Position numbers and translations under genes: made by a program
Shown: in pieces, positions 1 to 10,298 of the stretch
How the letters are laid out: each line of letters opens with the position of its first letter
Position numbering within the stretch: the stretch's first letter is position 1
Source: Prochlorococcus sp. AG-409-P03
GTDB taxonomy: Bacteria; Cyanobacteriota; Cyanobacteriia; PCC-6307; Cyanobiaceae
NCBI GenBank assembly: GCA_003215295.1
Contig: QCKN01000006.1
Coordinates: forward strand, 9,159-73,158
Direction of reading: 5' to 3'
DNA: 64,000 nt
The notes under the pieces: generated by a model
Seen by the model: the letters and a program-made list of their open reading frames with translations, nothing else
The model's database searches: none
What the model was told of the DNA's origin: nothing

Positions 1-437
1 TCTGCAATGAACCAGATTCTTTCTTCCGAAACTGTGTGTTGATACTCTGTACTTAAAAGCAATGTGCCATCAGATAGAAAACTATAATATGATAAGACTT
101 TCATTTTTTCTGTATACCCCTCACTTCTAATAATGTACCCCTTCTTCGTGGAGATTGCGAAGGGTATTAATATAGTTGACCCAGAAGATGAGCTGCTAAT
201 GTTCTCATTCTCCCAATCACTTTCAGCTTCCCACTCCATAGAAAAGGGTATGATTATTTCACCTGGAACATTTGAATGAGTATTTATGATATCTACTACT
301 TTTTTATCATCTATGCTAAGAGAACTAATTTTGATACTACTTATTACTTGCTCGAACTGTCTGAATGCAAGTGAATGGCCGCTTCGCATTGACCTCCACT
401 CACCTTCGCTCTTATTAACAAACTCTTCAATTCCCAT
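1..437 (-). CDS. cpeS: CpcS/CpeS-family phycobilin lyase, N-terminal part only (C-terminus lies beyond the window start)
   Basis: Hand translation of the minus strand from ATG at 437 stays open to position 1: MGIEEFVNKSEGEWRSMRSGHSLAFRQFEQV...SEERIWFIA. The GEWxSxRSxH and EERIWF motifs are typical of CpcS/CpeS/CpeU lyases. It is absent from the ORF track because there is no stop codon inside the window. Confidence 0.7.
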   Translation of the reverse strand, partial: MGIEEFVNKSEGEWRSMRSGHSLAFRQFEQVISSIKISSLSIDDKKVVDIINTHSNVPGEIIIPFSMEWEAESDWENENISSSSSGSTILIPFAISTKKGYIIRSEGYTEKMKVLSYYSFLSDGTLLLSTEYQHTVSEERIWFIA

Positions 438-669
438 AAAGAGTTTTGTCCTGTATTCCTTCTAAAGGTTGGCTAAGTAATGACATGAAGAAGAGATTTA
501 AACATAGTTTGATTTTACAGATTGGGATCTTTCTTAAGGTCGGGTAGGGAGGCAAAGTCAATAATAGTGACTATTGGATATTATCAGGTTTAATTGAGGA
601 AAGATAATGATGATAACTATTTGTCAGAATCATTACTTGTGCTGGGTTGAGACTCCATGCAAGTTGTTG

Positions 670-1563
670 CTATCTGAGTTTTGGAAGGCTCTTGATTTCA
701 TTATTAACTCTGTTGGATAGCTGTTGTAATAGTTGGCTTTTCCCTGCAGGAGCAGTTATTGAAGTTTTGGTTCCATGTATTGCATTATCACTTGTTGCAA
801 AACTCCTAGATAAGATGGCCATCTTGTTGAACCCTGAAGTGGTAGCGTTGCAGGGTGAATTCCAGTAGCGAGGATATGGAACAGTGTTAGAACCAAAGAT
901 TTCTTCATACTCCGGGGAATCAATTAGCGCATCTATATGCTCATTATAACCTCTTTCAAATAGAATCTCTACTTGGCTAATTATCTCTAATTGGTTAATA
1001 GGTGGCCTGCCCAATAAGTGTTTAAAGCTAAGCTCTATGCACCGTTGCTGATTGACTCTATGAAAGTAATGGCGCTTATAAAAGTCAGACTTCGCTAGAT
1101 TCCGAATGAACTCTCTGATACTTATATCGCCATTACGAAGTCGTCTATGAGACTCTATACAGAGTTCACTATCCATAGGATGTAAATTCCCAAAAACCTG
1201 TCTATAAGCAGCTTCGATTGCCATTTGGAGAGACTCATCATCGCTGGGGTCATATTTGTCATATGTGAACCCATAGGGACAGGTTTCTATATCCCTTGGG
1301 CCACTAGCTAAATGCAATTTTCGACATGAATCGCGTTTGTAGGCACCGATTACTTGATTGTTATCTACTCCCAAATCTAAAGAGGGATTGCTTTGAGATG
1401 TTGTGCAGAAAATGTCAGGTTGCCCAGGCATTGACCCTGCCTTGGAGTGCATTATGTAGCTCATATTCTTACTGCCAGCCACTCGAATTTTAGAGTATGA
1501 AACGGGGAAATTGTTTATTCTTTCGGCCCCAAATCTTAGAGCATGAAATGGAATCAAAGACAT
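670..1563 (-). CDS. ppeC: Phycobilisome-linker-domain protein (phycoerythrin-associated linker, PpeC-like)
   Basis: The central region AIEAAYRQVFGN...LRNGDISIREFIRNLAKSDFYKRHYF...CIELSFKHLLGRPP matches the conserved PBS-linker domain. It lies next to a CpeS-type lyase. Confidence 0.7.
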   Translation of the reverse strand: MSLIPFHALRFGAERINNFPVSYSKIRVAGSKNMSYIMHSKAGSMPGQPDIFCTTSQSNPSLDLGVDNNQVIGAYKRDSCRKLHLASGPRDIETCPYGFTYDKYDPSDDESLQMAIEAAYRQVFGNLHPMDSELCIESHRRLRNGDISIREFIRNLAKSDFYKRHYFHRVNQQRCIELSFKHLLGRPPINQLEIISQVEILFERGYNEHIDALIDSPEYEEIFGSNTVPYPRYWNSPCNATTSGFNKMAILSRSFATSDNAIHGTKTSITAPAGKSQLLQQLSNRVNNEIKSLPKLR

Positions 1564-1999
1564 TTTGATTAACTGGCTTAGAGTTTCTTGAATTGGAGAT
1601 AGTTGGCAGAAGAGTTTCTGGCAAATTTTGAACTAGATTTTTTTAGCTTGCTTTAGAAGAAGAATTTACTTCTGTTATTGATTATTGCAAATTTCCTAGG
1701 GTTTTAACTTAACTAGGTGGAATTTTGATAACCAACTTTATTTTTCAATCTCTGCTTTGAGCTCTGCCCAATTCAGTCGCTAAGTCATTGGCCATAGCTG
1801 GATGGAGGATTAGAGAAGCTCTTGGTCATTCATTTCTTCCAGGATAGAAGATCCACGACGGGTGCTGACCAAACTCTTTTTCTTGAAGTCTATTTATTCT
1901 CTTTGTATGCTGGATAAAGCTATATTTTTTTTTCTTTTAGAGATGGACAGAAGGCTAATGATAGATATTATCATTATTATCGCTAAGGATTTGTAGCTT

Positions 2000-2458
2000 G
2001 TGGGATTAAATGAGTACTCTTCAGGTATAGAACAAAGATTTGGTCAGCAACTATTTCGACTCAGTGAATTGACTGAGATGTTGACATTGAGGCTATTGGA
2101 GTTAGAAGAACGGTTGTTAAAACTAGAAGAAGTTTCAAACTCTCCTATTGATGCCAAACAGGAGGATACAGTTCATCTTTTGCAAGAGAGTGAATTACGG
2201 GTAAAACACTTGCAGAGCTTACTTAGTCCTGATGGTTTGGAGCAAAAAGGTGTTCAGGATGTTTCATCAGGGAAGGAGAGCCTCAACGACTTTGCTCAAG
2301 AGGGAAATATAAGCTCTTCTCAAGAAGATGCATCTTTCGAGCTATTTGAACAGGAAGACTCAGGTATAGAAAGTCAAATGAATAACCCTCTTGACGGAGA
2401 AGTTTCTAATGAAACTGAATATGTGGATGACCCTCAAATGCCTTTGCTTTCAGCGTAA
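2000..2458 (+). CDS. Hypothetical acidic protein with a leucine/glutamate-rich N-terminal half that looks coiled-coil-like
   Basis: 152-aa ORF with a GTG start. The composition is protein-like and no family was recognised. Confidence 0.35.
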   Translation: MGLNEYSSGIEQRFGQQLFRLSELTEMLTLRLLELEERLLKLEEVSNSPIDAKQEDTVHLLQESELRVKHLQSLLSPDGLEQKGVQDVSSGKESLNDFAQEGNISSSQEDASFELFEQEDSGIESQMNNPLDGEVSNETEYVDDPQMPLLSA

Positions 2459-2467
2459 GACTTACTC

Positions 2468-2725
2468 TTATTTCAGCTTAAGTAATTTTATTCTGAAAAG
2501 TGCGACCTGTTTTGCTTGTAATGGTCTGCTTTGTAGAAATGGGTGACTATTGATAGATTGAAGAACAATATTGAGCTTGTCTTCTTTGGATAGTTGAGAC
2601 TGACTAAGATCTGATGAGAGTTGATTCCAGGCACTATCAAATTCAATCGCGAAGCTGTCTGCATTATCAAACAATCGATCACTTTTTTGATTTGCTGCAT
2701 CGAAAGACAAGTTAACCAACCTCAA
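2468..2725 (-). CDS. Hypothetical small protein
   Basis: 85-aa ORF with a TTG start, convergent with the previous ORF. No motif was recognised. Confidence 0.2.
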   Translation of the reverse strand: MRLVNLSFDAANQKSDRLFDNADSFAIEFDSAWNQLSSDLSQSQLSKEDKLNIVLQSINSHPFLQSRPLQAKQVALFRIKLLKLK

Positions 2726-2856
2726 CGAAGCTAAATTACAGAGCTTGAGTCTATCGCACTATTTACATATTCTAATTGAATATGCCTGAAGTAGAATGAT
2801 TTGAATAGTTTAAATTTCTTTTAATTAACTATTTCACCCTTACAAGGATTCTCTTA

Positions 2857-4023
2857 CTAGTGTTTTTTACGAAACAAATGGTAGCGAGAGTTGATCAATG
2901 TTACTGATAGAGTAATGCTCGTAAGAATAAGCAATGGAAGATTTACTTCACTATTTGAGAAAAATAATCCAAGCAATACAAACCATAGATTGGAAGTAAA
3001 TATTAGAGATACTACATCTCTGTGACTAAAGCCTCTTCGTAGTAGACGGTGGTGTAGATGTCTTCTGTCAGGGAAAAAGGGTGACTGTCTAGATCTTATT
3101 CTAGTCAAGATTACGGCAGCCATATCTACAAGAGGTAGAAATAATATTAATATTGGTAAGTGAATTTTGGTTACATAGAGAGATGTTGTTTCAGGTAACA
3201 TTTCATATGAGCACGCAACAAGACTTATTGCAGCCAGATTAAACCCAAGAAAATATGAACCACCATCCCCCATTAGTATTCTAGAGGGATATAAATTGTG
3301 TCGTAAAAAACCTATGCAACAACCTGCAAGTGATGCTGATAAAAAAACAGAACCTAATTGACCCTGGTTGAAACCGACTGCCATAAGTCCAAGAGCCGAT
3401 ACGCCAGAAAGACTTGCGGCTAAACCATCTAGACCATCCATCCAGTTGATTGCATTAGTGACACCCACTAGCCATACAATCGTTGCAATTACACTAATTA
3501 AAGTTGGTAGAATAAAGATTCCTCCATGTTCACCAATCCATGATAAATCTATAGCTTCAATGCGTATTCCTTCCCACCAAACTATCAATGCACCAGTTAC
3601 TTGTAATGCGAGTCTTATCCAAGGTGAAAGTGATAAAAAATCATCAGCCAACCCAATTAAAAAAAAGAAGAAAGAAGAGGATAAGATTATCAATATCAGT
3701 CTAGTGACATCAGGCTCTAGCGAGCTGAATCCACCCAGTATCCATGTGAAGCAACATCCTATAAGGCAGCCTATGAGCATGGCAATGCCACCAAGACGTA
3801 CCATTGGAGCCTTATGTTGTTTGCGGTCATTTGGCTGATCGGTGACTCCTAGCCTGACTCCCATCTCGCGAACTTTTGGCACTAATAAGATTGTGATAGC
3901 CGAGGCCACACCAGCACTCCAGGCAGTTAGTGCAATTGGGCTATTCACAATATTCAAGGTAGCTCCTATATGAGATTGACTTTGCAAATGGGATATAAGA
4001 CTTACCATAGTCAGTCTTAGCAT
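2857..4023 (-). CDS. Polyprenyl-phosphate HexNAc-1-phosphate transferase (WecA/MraY family, glycosyltransferase family 4)
   Basis: Multi-TM protein with the motifs DDFLSLSP and NAINWMDGLDGLA, which are characteristic of the MraY/WecA superfamily. ATG at 4023 is preferred over the TTG at 4038 given in the track. Confidence 0.85.
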   Translation of the reverse strand: MLRLTMVSLISHLQSQSHIGATLNIVNSPIALTAWSAGVASAITILLVPKVREMGVRLGVTDQPNDRKQHKAPMVRLGGIAMLIGCLIGCCFTWILGGFSSLEPDVTRLILIILSSSFFFFLIGLADDFLSLSPWIRLALQVTGALIVWWEGIRIEAIDLSWIGEHGGIFILPTLISVIATIVWLVGVTNAINWMDGLDGLAASLSGVSALGLMAVGFNQGQLGSVFLSASLAGCCIGFLRHNLYPSRILMGDGGSYFLGFNLAAISLVACSYEMLPETTSLYVTKIHLPILILFLPLVDMAAVILTRIRSRQSPFFPDRRHLHHRLLRRGFSHRDVVSLIFTSNLWFVLLGLFFSNSEVNLPLLILTSITLSVTLINSRYHLFRKKH

Positions 4024-4346
4024 TGTGATGCTCAGCAAATAGACGTTTCAGCACAAAAATAAGTCGATTAACTGGATTAAAGCTTACAGCCCTGCTTCAG
4101 TCGTTGTAGTTAATTGGCAAATAAGAGACTGAGGATACTTTAGCCCTGCAAATTGATTTATTCAAGGTTTTCTCTCTTTTAAGTACATATTTACTCCAAT
4201 CTGCTAATTGTAGAACTATTTGTTGATTTATGGAATTTAAATTGCAATGATTCAAGGCTTGATTTCCATCAAAATTTTTTATAAAAACATCAATTACTGC
4301 TTGGTATGCTTTATTTAGACTTGAAATAAAATATTGAATATATAAT

Positions 4347-5522
4347 CTAAATTACCTCTTTTGGTAGAGGATTTCCAAGTAGCATTTCATAGTGGTTAAG
4401 AGTATCTCGGTTCACAAGAGAAACTTGAAATTCAGCAACTACCTTTTCACGTGCAGTTTGCCCAAACCTCCTTGCTAAATCAGGATTATCAATCAGCAAC
4501 CTAATTGCTAATGACAATGCACGGCTATCTTGAACTGGTACTAATAACCCTGAGCGTCCATGGTCTACAACGTCTCTGCAACCAGGTACATCGGTAGTAA
4601 TAATAGGTCTTTCCATAGCTGCAGCTTCTATGAGTGAGCGTGAGAGCCCTTCTCTCCAAGAGGGCAGAACAACTAGGTCGCTCGAAGCATAAAGGCGGCG
4701 CATATCAGTCACGTGACCTAGACAGTGGATAAGAGGGTTTGCTTGGAGAGCTAAAAACTCCTCACCTGAAAGACTACTCCTGTTACCATCGTCGATATCC
4801 CCAGCAATTAATAACTCAAGCTTAACTCCTTTAGACCAAAGTTCTTTACAAGCAAGTAGGAGTTCTTTTATCCCTTTTTCTCTAATAACTCGAGAGGGGA
4901 AGAGAACTTTGATTGATTGCCCATATTGTCCAGCATTATCCTTTAATGGGATGAAGTGGTGGATATCAACTCCAGAACCTCTAATGAGACGAGTCCGCGA
5001 ATCATCAGTGATACCAAGATTAATTAGACGTTCTTGGTCGTCAGCATTTTGAAAAACTACAGTTGCTCGTCTGGCCATAAATACAGCCCTATACAAAGGT
5101 TTTAAACAATGTCTTAGAAGACGATGCCTTTTGCGATTTCCAAGAAATACATGACCTAGACCAGTGACTGCATTAATAACTTTATAAACCCCTGCAATTT
5201 TGGCCGCGATAGTGCCATAGAGGCAGGCTTTGATAGTGAAGTGATGGACTAAGGCAGGCTTTTTACGTCTGTAAATCCTTATTAGGTCAATAATTGCTCG
5301 GATCTCTAAAAAAGGATTTATTGAACTTCTTGACACTAGCCAAGGATCCACTTGCAACCCTTCCGACTTAAGAGATTCCGTGTAACCGTCATAGGGGGCC
5401 ACCAGGGAAACCTCATAACCATGTTTTCGGAGATCTTTAATGAGAGGCAGACGAAAGTTGTAGAGATACCAAGAAGTGTTGGCGATTAATAAAACGCTCG
5501 AATTGGCTTTTGAAATTAGCAA
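4347..5522 (-). CDS. Group 1 (GT4-type) glycosyltransferase
   Basis: C-terminal LPSWREGLSRSLIEAAAMERPIITTDVPGCRDVV is the typical GT-B E-x7-E region. The start codon is TTG. Confidence 0.85.
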   Translation of the reverse strand: MLISKANSSVLLIANTSWYLYNFRLPLIKDLRKHGYEVSLVAPYDGYTESLKSEGLQVDPWLVSRSSINPFLEIRAIIDLIRIYRRKKPALVHHFTIKACLYGTIAAKIAGVYKVINAVTGLGHVFLGNRKRHRLLRHCLKPLYRAVFMARRATVVFQNADDQERLINLGITDDSRTRLIRGSGVDIHHFIPLKDNAGQYGQSIKVLFPSRVIREKGIKELLLACKELWSKGVKLELLIAGDIDDGNRSSLSGEEFLALQANPLIHCLGHVTDMRRLYASSDLVVLPSWREGLSRSLIEAAAMERPIITTDVPGCRDVVDHGRSGLLVPVQDSRALSLAIRLLIDNPDLARRFGQTAREKVVAEFQVSLVNRDTLNHYEMLLGNPLPKEVI

Positions 5523-5741
5523 TGTGGTAGTAAACTAATGGGCTAGCTAGAGGGGAGTAAAACCTTATATACCAAAAGATACTAGCTGGTCGATAAATTT
5601 TTTGTATTAAACTTAATTTCGACTGAAATAGCAATGAAAATCAAGAGATATGTAGTAATAAAAACAAGAGATATTATTAATGAAAATGACTAAGCAATGG
5701 ATTTGGCGAATATTTAATCGAGGATTTTGTAATTATTACTG

Positions 5742-5779
5742 ATATAGTATTTAGAGTATTATCACTCTAAATACTATAT
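5742..5779 (-). terminator. AT-rich 16-bp perfect hairpin immediately downstream of the GT2 gene stop
   Basis: Arm atatagtatttagagt (5742-5757) pairs with actctaaatactatat (5764-5779) around a 6-nt loop. It starts 2 nt after the stop codon at 5781-5783. There is no clear U-tract. Confidence 0.4.
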
Positions 5780-5780
5780 A

Positions 5781-6842
5781 TTAAAAACCTTTTGACTGTA
5801 TTTTGTCTGATGAACACCTGGATAGAAATCTTCTTCGTATAGACCTAGATCTAATTAGAGCGACAATAAATGCAGTAAGCTTTGAACCATCAAGGACAAC
5901 GCATACAATGGCAATAGCTATCCATTGCAATGGTAAAAGTCGTGAAAGTTTAGTCCCTCTGTTCAGAGGCATAAGAAGGCCTCTTATCAAACCATAGGAT
6001 AAGATTAGTGCTGTTAGCGTAAGCTTTGTTATATTTGCAAAGTAAGGAAAACTAGATTCTTCCCAATTGGTCATTAGATCATTCCAATTAAAGGCAAAGA
6101 ATATTACTAATAGGTTGCTTACTAAGAAATATATTAGCTTCTGAGATTCAAGGTGGAAAACCACTGGGGAGCAGCTCCGATAGTTTCTAAACCACTTTTT
6201 GGATAACTCATAAATGTTGCTAGGAATTGAACGATAGATCAGTATTGGGGTATGTAAAACTCTATCAAAGTATCCAAATTGCTCTGCTCTTAGAAGCCAA
6301 TCTGTATCTTCTGCGGCTCTTATATCAGGCAGGAATAATCCTATATCTTCTAGGACTGAAACGTGTAAGATTGTACCAGGTAAGGTTGTGATAGCTTTTT
6401 CTCCAAAGGTTGATCTTATAAATAATCTTTTAATACTGTTATCACCTACATAACGAGTGAGGCCAAAGGCTATCTTTGCATTTTCCTGTTCAATGAGTGC
6501 ATAAGAATCAGTCAACCAATCTCCTTCAGGTATCGTATTGAGATCTAAAAATGCTAGCCAGGGTTGTGTGGCTTCCTTGATTCCACTGTTTCTTGCAGAC
6601 CCAGGAAATTGCTTCTTCTCTTGTGGAATAATCTTAACGATGTTTTTAAAGGCAATATCAAAACTATTTAATAAATTTGATATTGATTGCTGATTGTCAA
6701 ATATTTTGAGGCCAGCATCAATTATCAATATTTCACAGGGCAAAGAAGTACCTCTCGCTAGCGCAAGTAAAATTGGTGATAAAGCCTCAGAAGAAAGAGC
6801 ACATGGTATAACAACTGATATAGGTAGGACTTTGGGTGGCAT
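5781..6842 (-). CDS. Family 2 glycosyltransferase with a C-terminal membrane domain
   Basis: The N-terminus ISVVIPC...ILIIDAG...PGSARNSG...LAFLDLN resembles a GT-A fold with a DxD-like motif. There are several C-terminal TM helices. ATG at 6842 is preferred over the TTG at 6851. Confidence 0.8.
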   Translation of the reverse strand: MPPKVLPISVVIPCALSSEALSPILLALARGTSLPCEILIIDAGLKIFDNQQSISNLLNSFDIAFKNIVKIIPQEKKQFPGSARNSGIKEATQPWLAFLDLNTIPEGDWLTDSYALIEQENAKIAFGLTRYVGDNSIKRLFIRSTFGEKAITTLPGTILHVSVLEDIGLFLPDIRAAEDTDWLLRAEQFGYFDRVLHTPILIYRSIPSNIYELSKKWFRNYRSCSPVVFHLESQKLIYFLVSNLLVIFFAFNWNDLMTNWEESSFPYFANITKLTLTALILSYGLIRGLLMPLNRGTKLSRLLPLQWIAIAIVCVVLDGSKLTAFIVALIRSRSIRRRFLSRCSSDKIQSKGF

Positions 6843-7028
6843 ATGCTTCAAAATTCACGCTTGGCAAGCCGTGACTCAACAGTAATTTTAATTATAGCTA
6901 CGTATACTAGTCAATTAGTATTCATTCCGAATAACAATATTGTAATCCATTAGATTTCCTGCCTGCTTAAGGCATAATGACTCGTAAGAGACTAATCCTT
7001 AAGTAATTAATTTAATCTTCCTTGGCAT

Positions 7029-9017
7029 ATGTGTGGCTTTGCTGGAATCTATAGCTCAGAACAAGCATCTGAACTCCAACTAAGTCAATTGGCTTCAATG
7101 ATGGCATCAGAGTTGCAGCATAGAGGCCCTGATGATGATGGTTGTTGGTCAGATGATGTTTTTGCTGTTGCTCATAGGCGGCTTTCAGTTATTGATAGAA
7201 GCTCTTCGGGCTCTCAGCCTATGAAATCTCAATGCGGAAGATATGTAATTGCCTTTAATGGTGAGATATATAACCACAGAAATATGCGAAATGAAATTTT
7301 ATCATCGCAACCTTCACTATTATTGAAAGGACATTCTGATACTGAGACTCTCTTAGAAAATATATCTACTTTTGGATTATTACATACACTGGAAAATATT
7401 AATGGAATGTTTTCCTTTGCCTTATGGGATAGAAAAGATAGGAGCCTTTACCTTGCTAGAGATCGCCTAGGTGAGAAACCACTATATTGGGGGTGGTCAA
7501 ATCAATCACTAATATTTGGTTCAGAATTAAAGGCATTGAGAAAACATCCAGGCTTTTGCACTGAGATTTCTGAAATTGGACTGTTAGATTATTTAAGGTA
7601 TGCATATATTCCTGCTCCTTTAACTATTTTTAAGAACATATATAAGTTAGAACCTGGAACTTTCCTAAAGGCATCTGGTTCAATACCTATCTGTCCGCCG
7701 AATCAACCTATAAGACCAGGTCAATCACATTATTCAGTTTCCATCGAACATTATTGGAAACCAATTGATAGAACTCTCTCTTTAGAAATATCCGAGCCTC
7801 AAAGTGAGCAGTTCTATGTAGGTGAACTTCATTCTCGATTGAGATCAGCCGTATCTCGACAAATGTATGCAGATGTTCCAATTGGAGCTTTCCTATCTGG
7901 TGGCATTGATAGTTCATTAATTACAGCAATAATGTCAGAATACAGCTCACAAAAAGTTAATACGTTTACGATTGGTTTTCAAGACTGTGGATTCGATGAG
8001 GCTCCATATGCAAGGGAAATATCAAAAGTGTTAGATACTAATCATTTAGAATATTATTTATCTAATAGTGATGTTTTAGATCTTATACCACGACTTCCTA
8101 AGATTTACGATGAACCTTTTGCTGATAGTTCACAGATTCCCACTTGCTTGATCTCTGGCCTTGCTCGCTCTAAGGTGACTGTTGTTCTTTCTGGTGATGG
8201 AGCCGACGAAATTTTTGGAGGGTACCCTAGATATTTATTTGGAGAACAACAGTTTGCGCATTTGAGAAGAATTCCATTTGGATTACGTAAAAATATATTT
8301 TCGCCAGTATTAAGCTTTCTAGATGAGGAAACGATTAAGCAGCTATTTCTTAGAGGTTCATTGCTTTTTAGACAGAATAATATCTTAAATCCTTATTATA
8401 AAATAATCCGACTTTTGGAGAAGTTATCAAGTGTAAATAGCATTCTTGATATGAACTCTCACATGTCCAGTATTTGGACGCGGCCAGAATTAATTTTGAA
8501 AAGGGCTATTTCTGACCAAGGGGCTAGTCCAGAGACTTTGATCCAGATGACTGGAATTAGCTCTATAGACATGATGAATCATGATCTTTTAAAGTATTTG
8601 CCAGATGATTTGATTTGCAAAGTTGATCGTGCATCTATGAATTTTGGGTTAGAAGCTAGAATGCCATATTTAGATAATGAAATTGTTGAATTTGCTTTAG
8701 CATTACCATGCTCTATAAGAGGAACCAAATCTCAAACAAAATGGATACTCAAAAGGATTTTAGAAAGATATATCCCGAGCAAATTAATAGATAGGCCTAA
8801 GTCTGGATTTAGTATTCCACTAGCATCACTATTAAGAGATCCACTTAAGCCCTGGTGTGAAGAATTACTTTCTGAGTATGAATTAAGCAAGTCTGGCTAT
8901 TTTAAAACCGATATTATCCGAAGAACTTGGCGTGAACATTTGTCTGGACAGTATGACTGGAGTGGCCGATTGTGGAATATTCTTATGTTTCAAGCTTGGT
9001 ATCGGACACTTAGTTAG
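7029..9017 (+). CDS. asnB: Asparagine synthase (glutamine-hydrolysing)-type amidotransferase, AT-rich copy
   Basis: N-terminal MCGFAGIY supplies the Ntn catalytic Cys2, and SGGIDSS is the PP-loop. The ORF is full length at 662 aa. Confidence 0.9.
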   Translation: MCGFAGIYSSEQASELQLSQLASMMASELQHRGPDDDGCWSDDVFAVAHRRLSVIDRSSSGSQPMKSQCGRYVIAFNGEIYNHRNMRNEILSSQPSLLLKGHSDTETLLENISTFGLLHTLENINGMFSFALWDRKDRSLYLARDRLGEKPLYWGWSNQSLIFGSELKALRKHPGFCTEISEIGLLDYLRYAYIPAPLTIFKNIYKLEPGTFLKASGSIPICPPNQPIRPGQSHYSVSIEHYWKPIDRTLSLEISEPQSEQFYVGELHSRLRSAVSRQMYADVPIGAFLSGGIDSSLITAIMSEYSSQKVNTFTIGFQDCGFDEAPYAREISKVLDTNHLEYYLSNSDVLDLIPRLPKIYDEPFADSSQIPTCLISGLARSKVTVVLSGDGADEIFGGYPRYLFGEQQFAHLRRIPFGLRKNIFSPVLSFLDEETIKQLFLRGSLLFRQNNILNPYYKIIRLLEKLSSVNSILDMNSHMSSIWTRPELILKRAISDQGASPETLIQMTGISSIDMMNHDLLKYLPDDLICKVDRASMNFGLEARMPYLDNEIVEFALALPCSIRGTKSQTKWILKRILERYIPSKLIDRPKSGFSIPLASLLRDPLKPWCEELLSEYELSKSGYFKTDIIRRTWREHLSGQYDWSGRLWNILMFQAWYRTLS

Positions 9018-9106
9018 ATGTTTCGTATGATTCGCTTAATTGTATGGAGAAATAAGCCTCAGGCTTCAACTTCTTTTGCCCCTGGATACTGGAGCTGTAA
9101 TCAAAA

Positions 9107-10267
9107 ATGAGAATTTGTCTACTTACATATGATCAAACTATTCCAGGTGGAGTTAATAGAAGACTATTATCTTTATACAAATTACTATCAATGCATCATT
9201 CTGTGGAGATACTTTCTATTGTGGAATTACGTAAGAATATGAATGAGAAAACTCATTGTAAGCCAAACCTTTTCCTTGTATTACTCCGAATTCTTAGACT
9301 TCAACTCAATATTGGAACTGTATTGACTAGATATGATTTGGTAATAGCATTTTCACTTCTGCCTGGAATAATATCCTTATGGCCATCACGCAAACATATA
9401 TTTGTTGCCACAGGCTCAGCTTTCTATTCAAGAGACTCTCCAAGAGTATCAAGAATACTATGGACATTCTTTCTTCAACCTTTAATCTATATTTTTACTA
9501 GCGCTATAGTGCCAGCTTCACCTCATTTGGTACCCCCTATATTCAAATTGACATGGCTTAGAAACAAGATTCATTATATCAACGGTCTGATAGATCTAGA
9601 GAAACTAGAAAATCAACTATTGGCTGACCTCCCCTTCTCTTCTGATATTCTACTAAAACCATATATTTGTCTATCATCATCACTGACTAAACATAAAGGA
9701 GTCCTTCAGTTTTTAGATGTTTACTCAGAGTATCGTCATCTGAAAGATGGAAATAAATTAAATTTGGTAATTGTTGGTGATGGACCAGCTTATTTAGAAT
9801 GCTTTCAAAGGTGTAGGAGTTTGGGTTTAACTTGCTCGGATCTAAACCATTCAAAAGCCCATAAATCAAATGTCATGTTTGTTGGGCATCATCAAAATCC
9901 ACTACCTTTTATTCTTAATAGCTCCGTATTTGCCATGCCTTCATTTTACGAAGGCCTTTCGAATCAACTTCTTGAGGCAATCTATTGTTCTGTTCCTATA
10001 TTAGTATCAAATTGTCCCGGAAATGTAATAGTCATCAATAGCATCAGAGAGGTGGACAATACCAATTTTTCCACAACCCAATGTACGCTTTTGCCTGTTC
10101 TCAATAATCCTATCGACAAAAAGATATGGGTTAAGACTTTAGTTAATCTGGATCAGAGAAAAGACGAAAAACTAATTCCATCTTTACGAAACAATCTTTT
10201 GGTATCTCAGTTTAGTCTTTCTCAAAATTCAGCGAAATGGCTAAAACTTGTTGGCTCTTTTGGATAG
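9107..10267 (+). CDS. Group 1 glycosyltransferase
   Basis: PSFYEGLSNQLLEAIYCSVPILVSNCPG is the GT-B C-terminal motif. Confidence 0.75.
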   Translation: MRICLLTYDQTIPGGVNRRLLSLYKLLSMHHSVEILSIVELRKNMNEKTHCKPNLFLVLLRILRLQLNIGTVLTRYDLVIAFSLLPGIISLWPSRKHIFVATGSAFYSRDSPRVSRILWTFFLQPLIYIFTSAIVPASPHLVPPIFKLTWLRNKIHYINGLIDLEKLENQLLADLPFSSDILLKPYICLSSSLTKHKGVLQFLDVYSEYRHLKDGNKLNLVIVGDGPAYLECFQRCRSLGLTCSDLNHSKAHKSNVMFVGHHQNPLPFILNSSVFAMPSFYEGLSNQLLEAIYCSVPILVSNCPGNVIVINSIREVDNTNFSTTQCTLLPVLNNPIDKKIWVKTLVNLDQRKDEKLIPSLRNNLLVSQFSLSQNSAKWLKLVGSFG

Positions 10268-10298
10268 ATATTATTAGTACTAATTCTGATCTCCAAAG

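Noticed and set aside
5437-5634. 65-aa minus-strand ORF overlapping the start of the GT1 gene.
   Set aside because: It overlaps a well-supported gene in another frame and has low-complexity composition.
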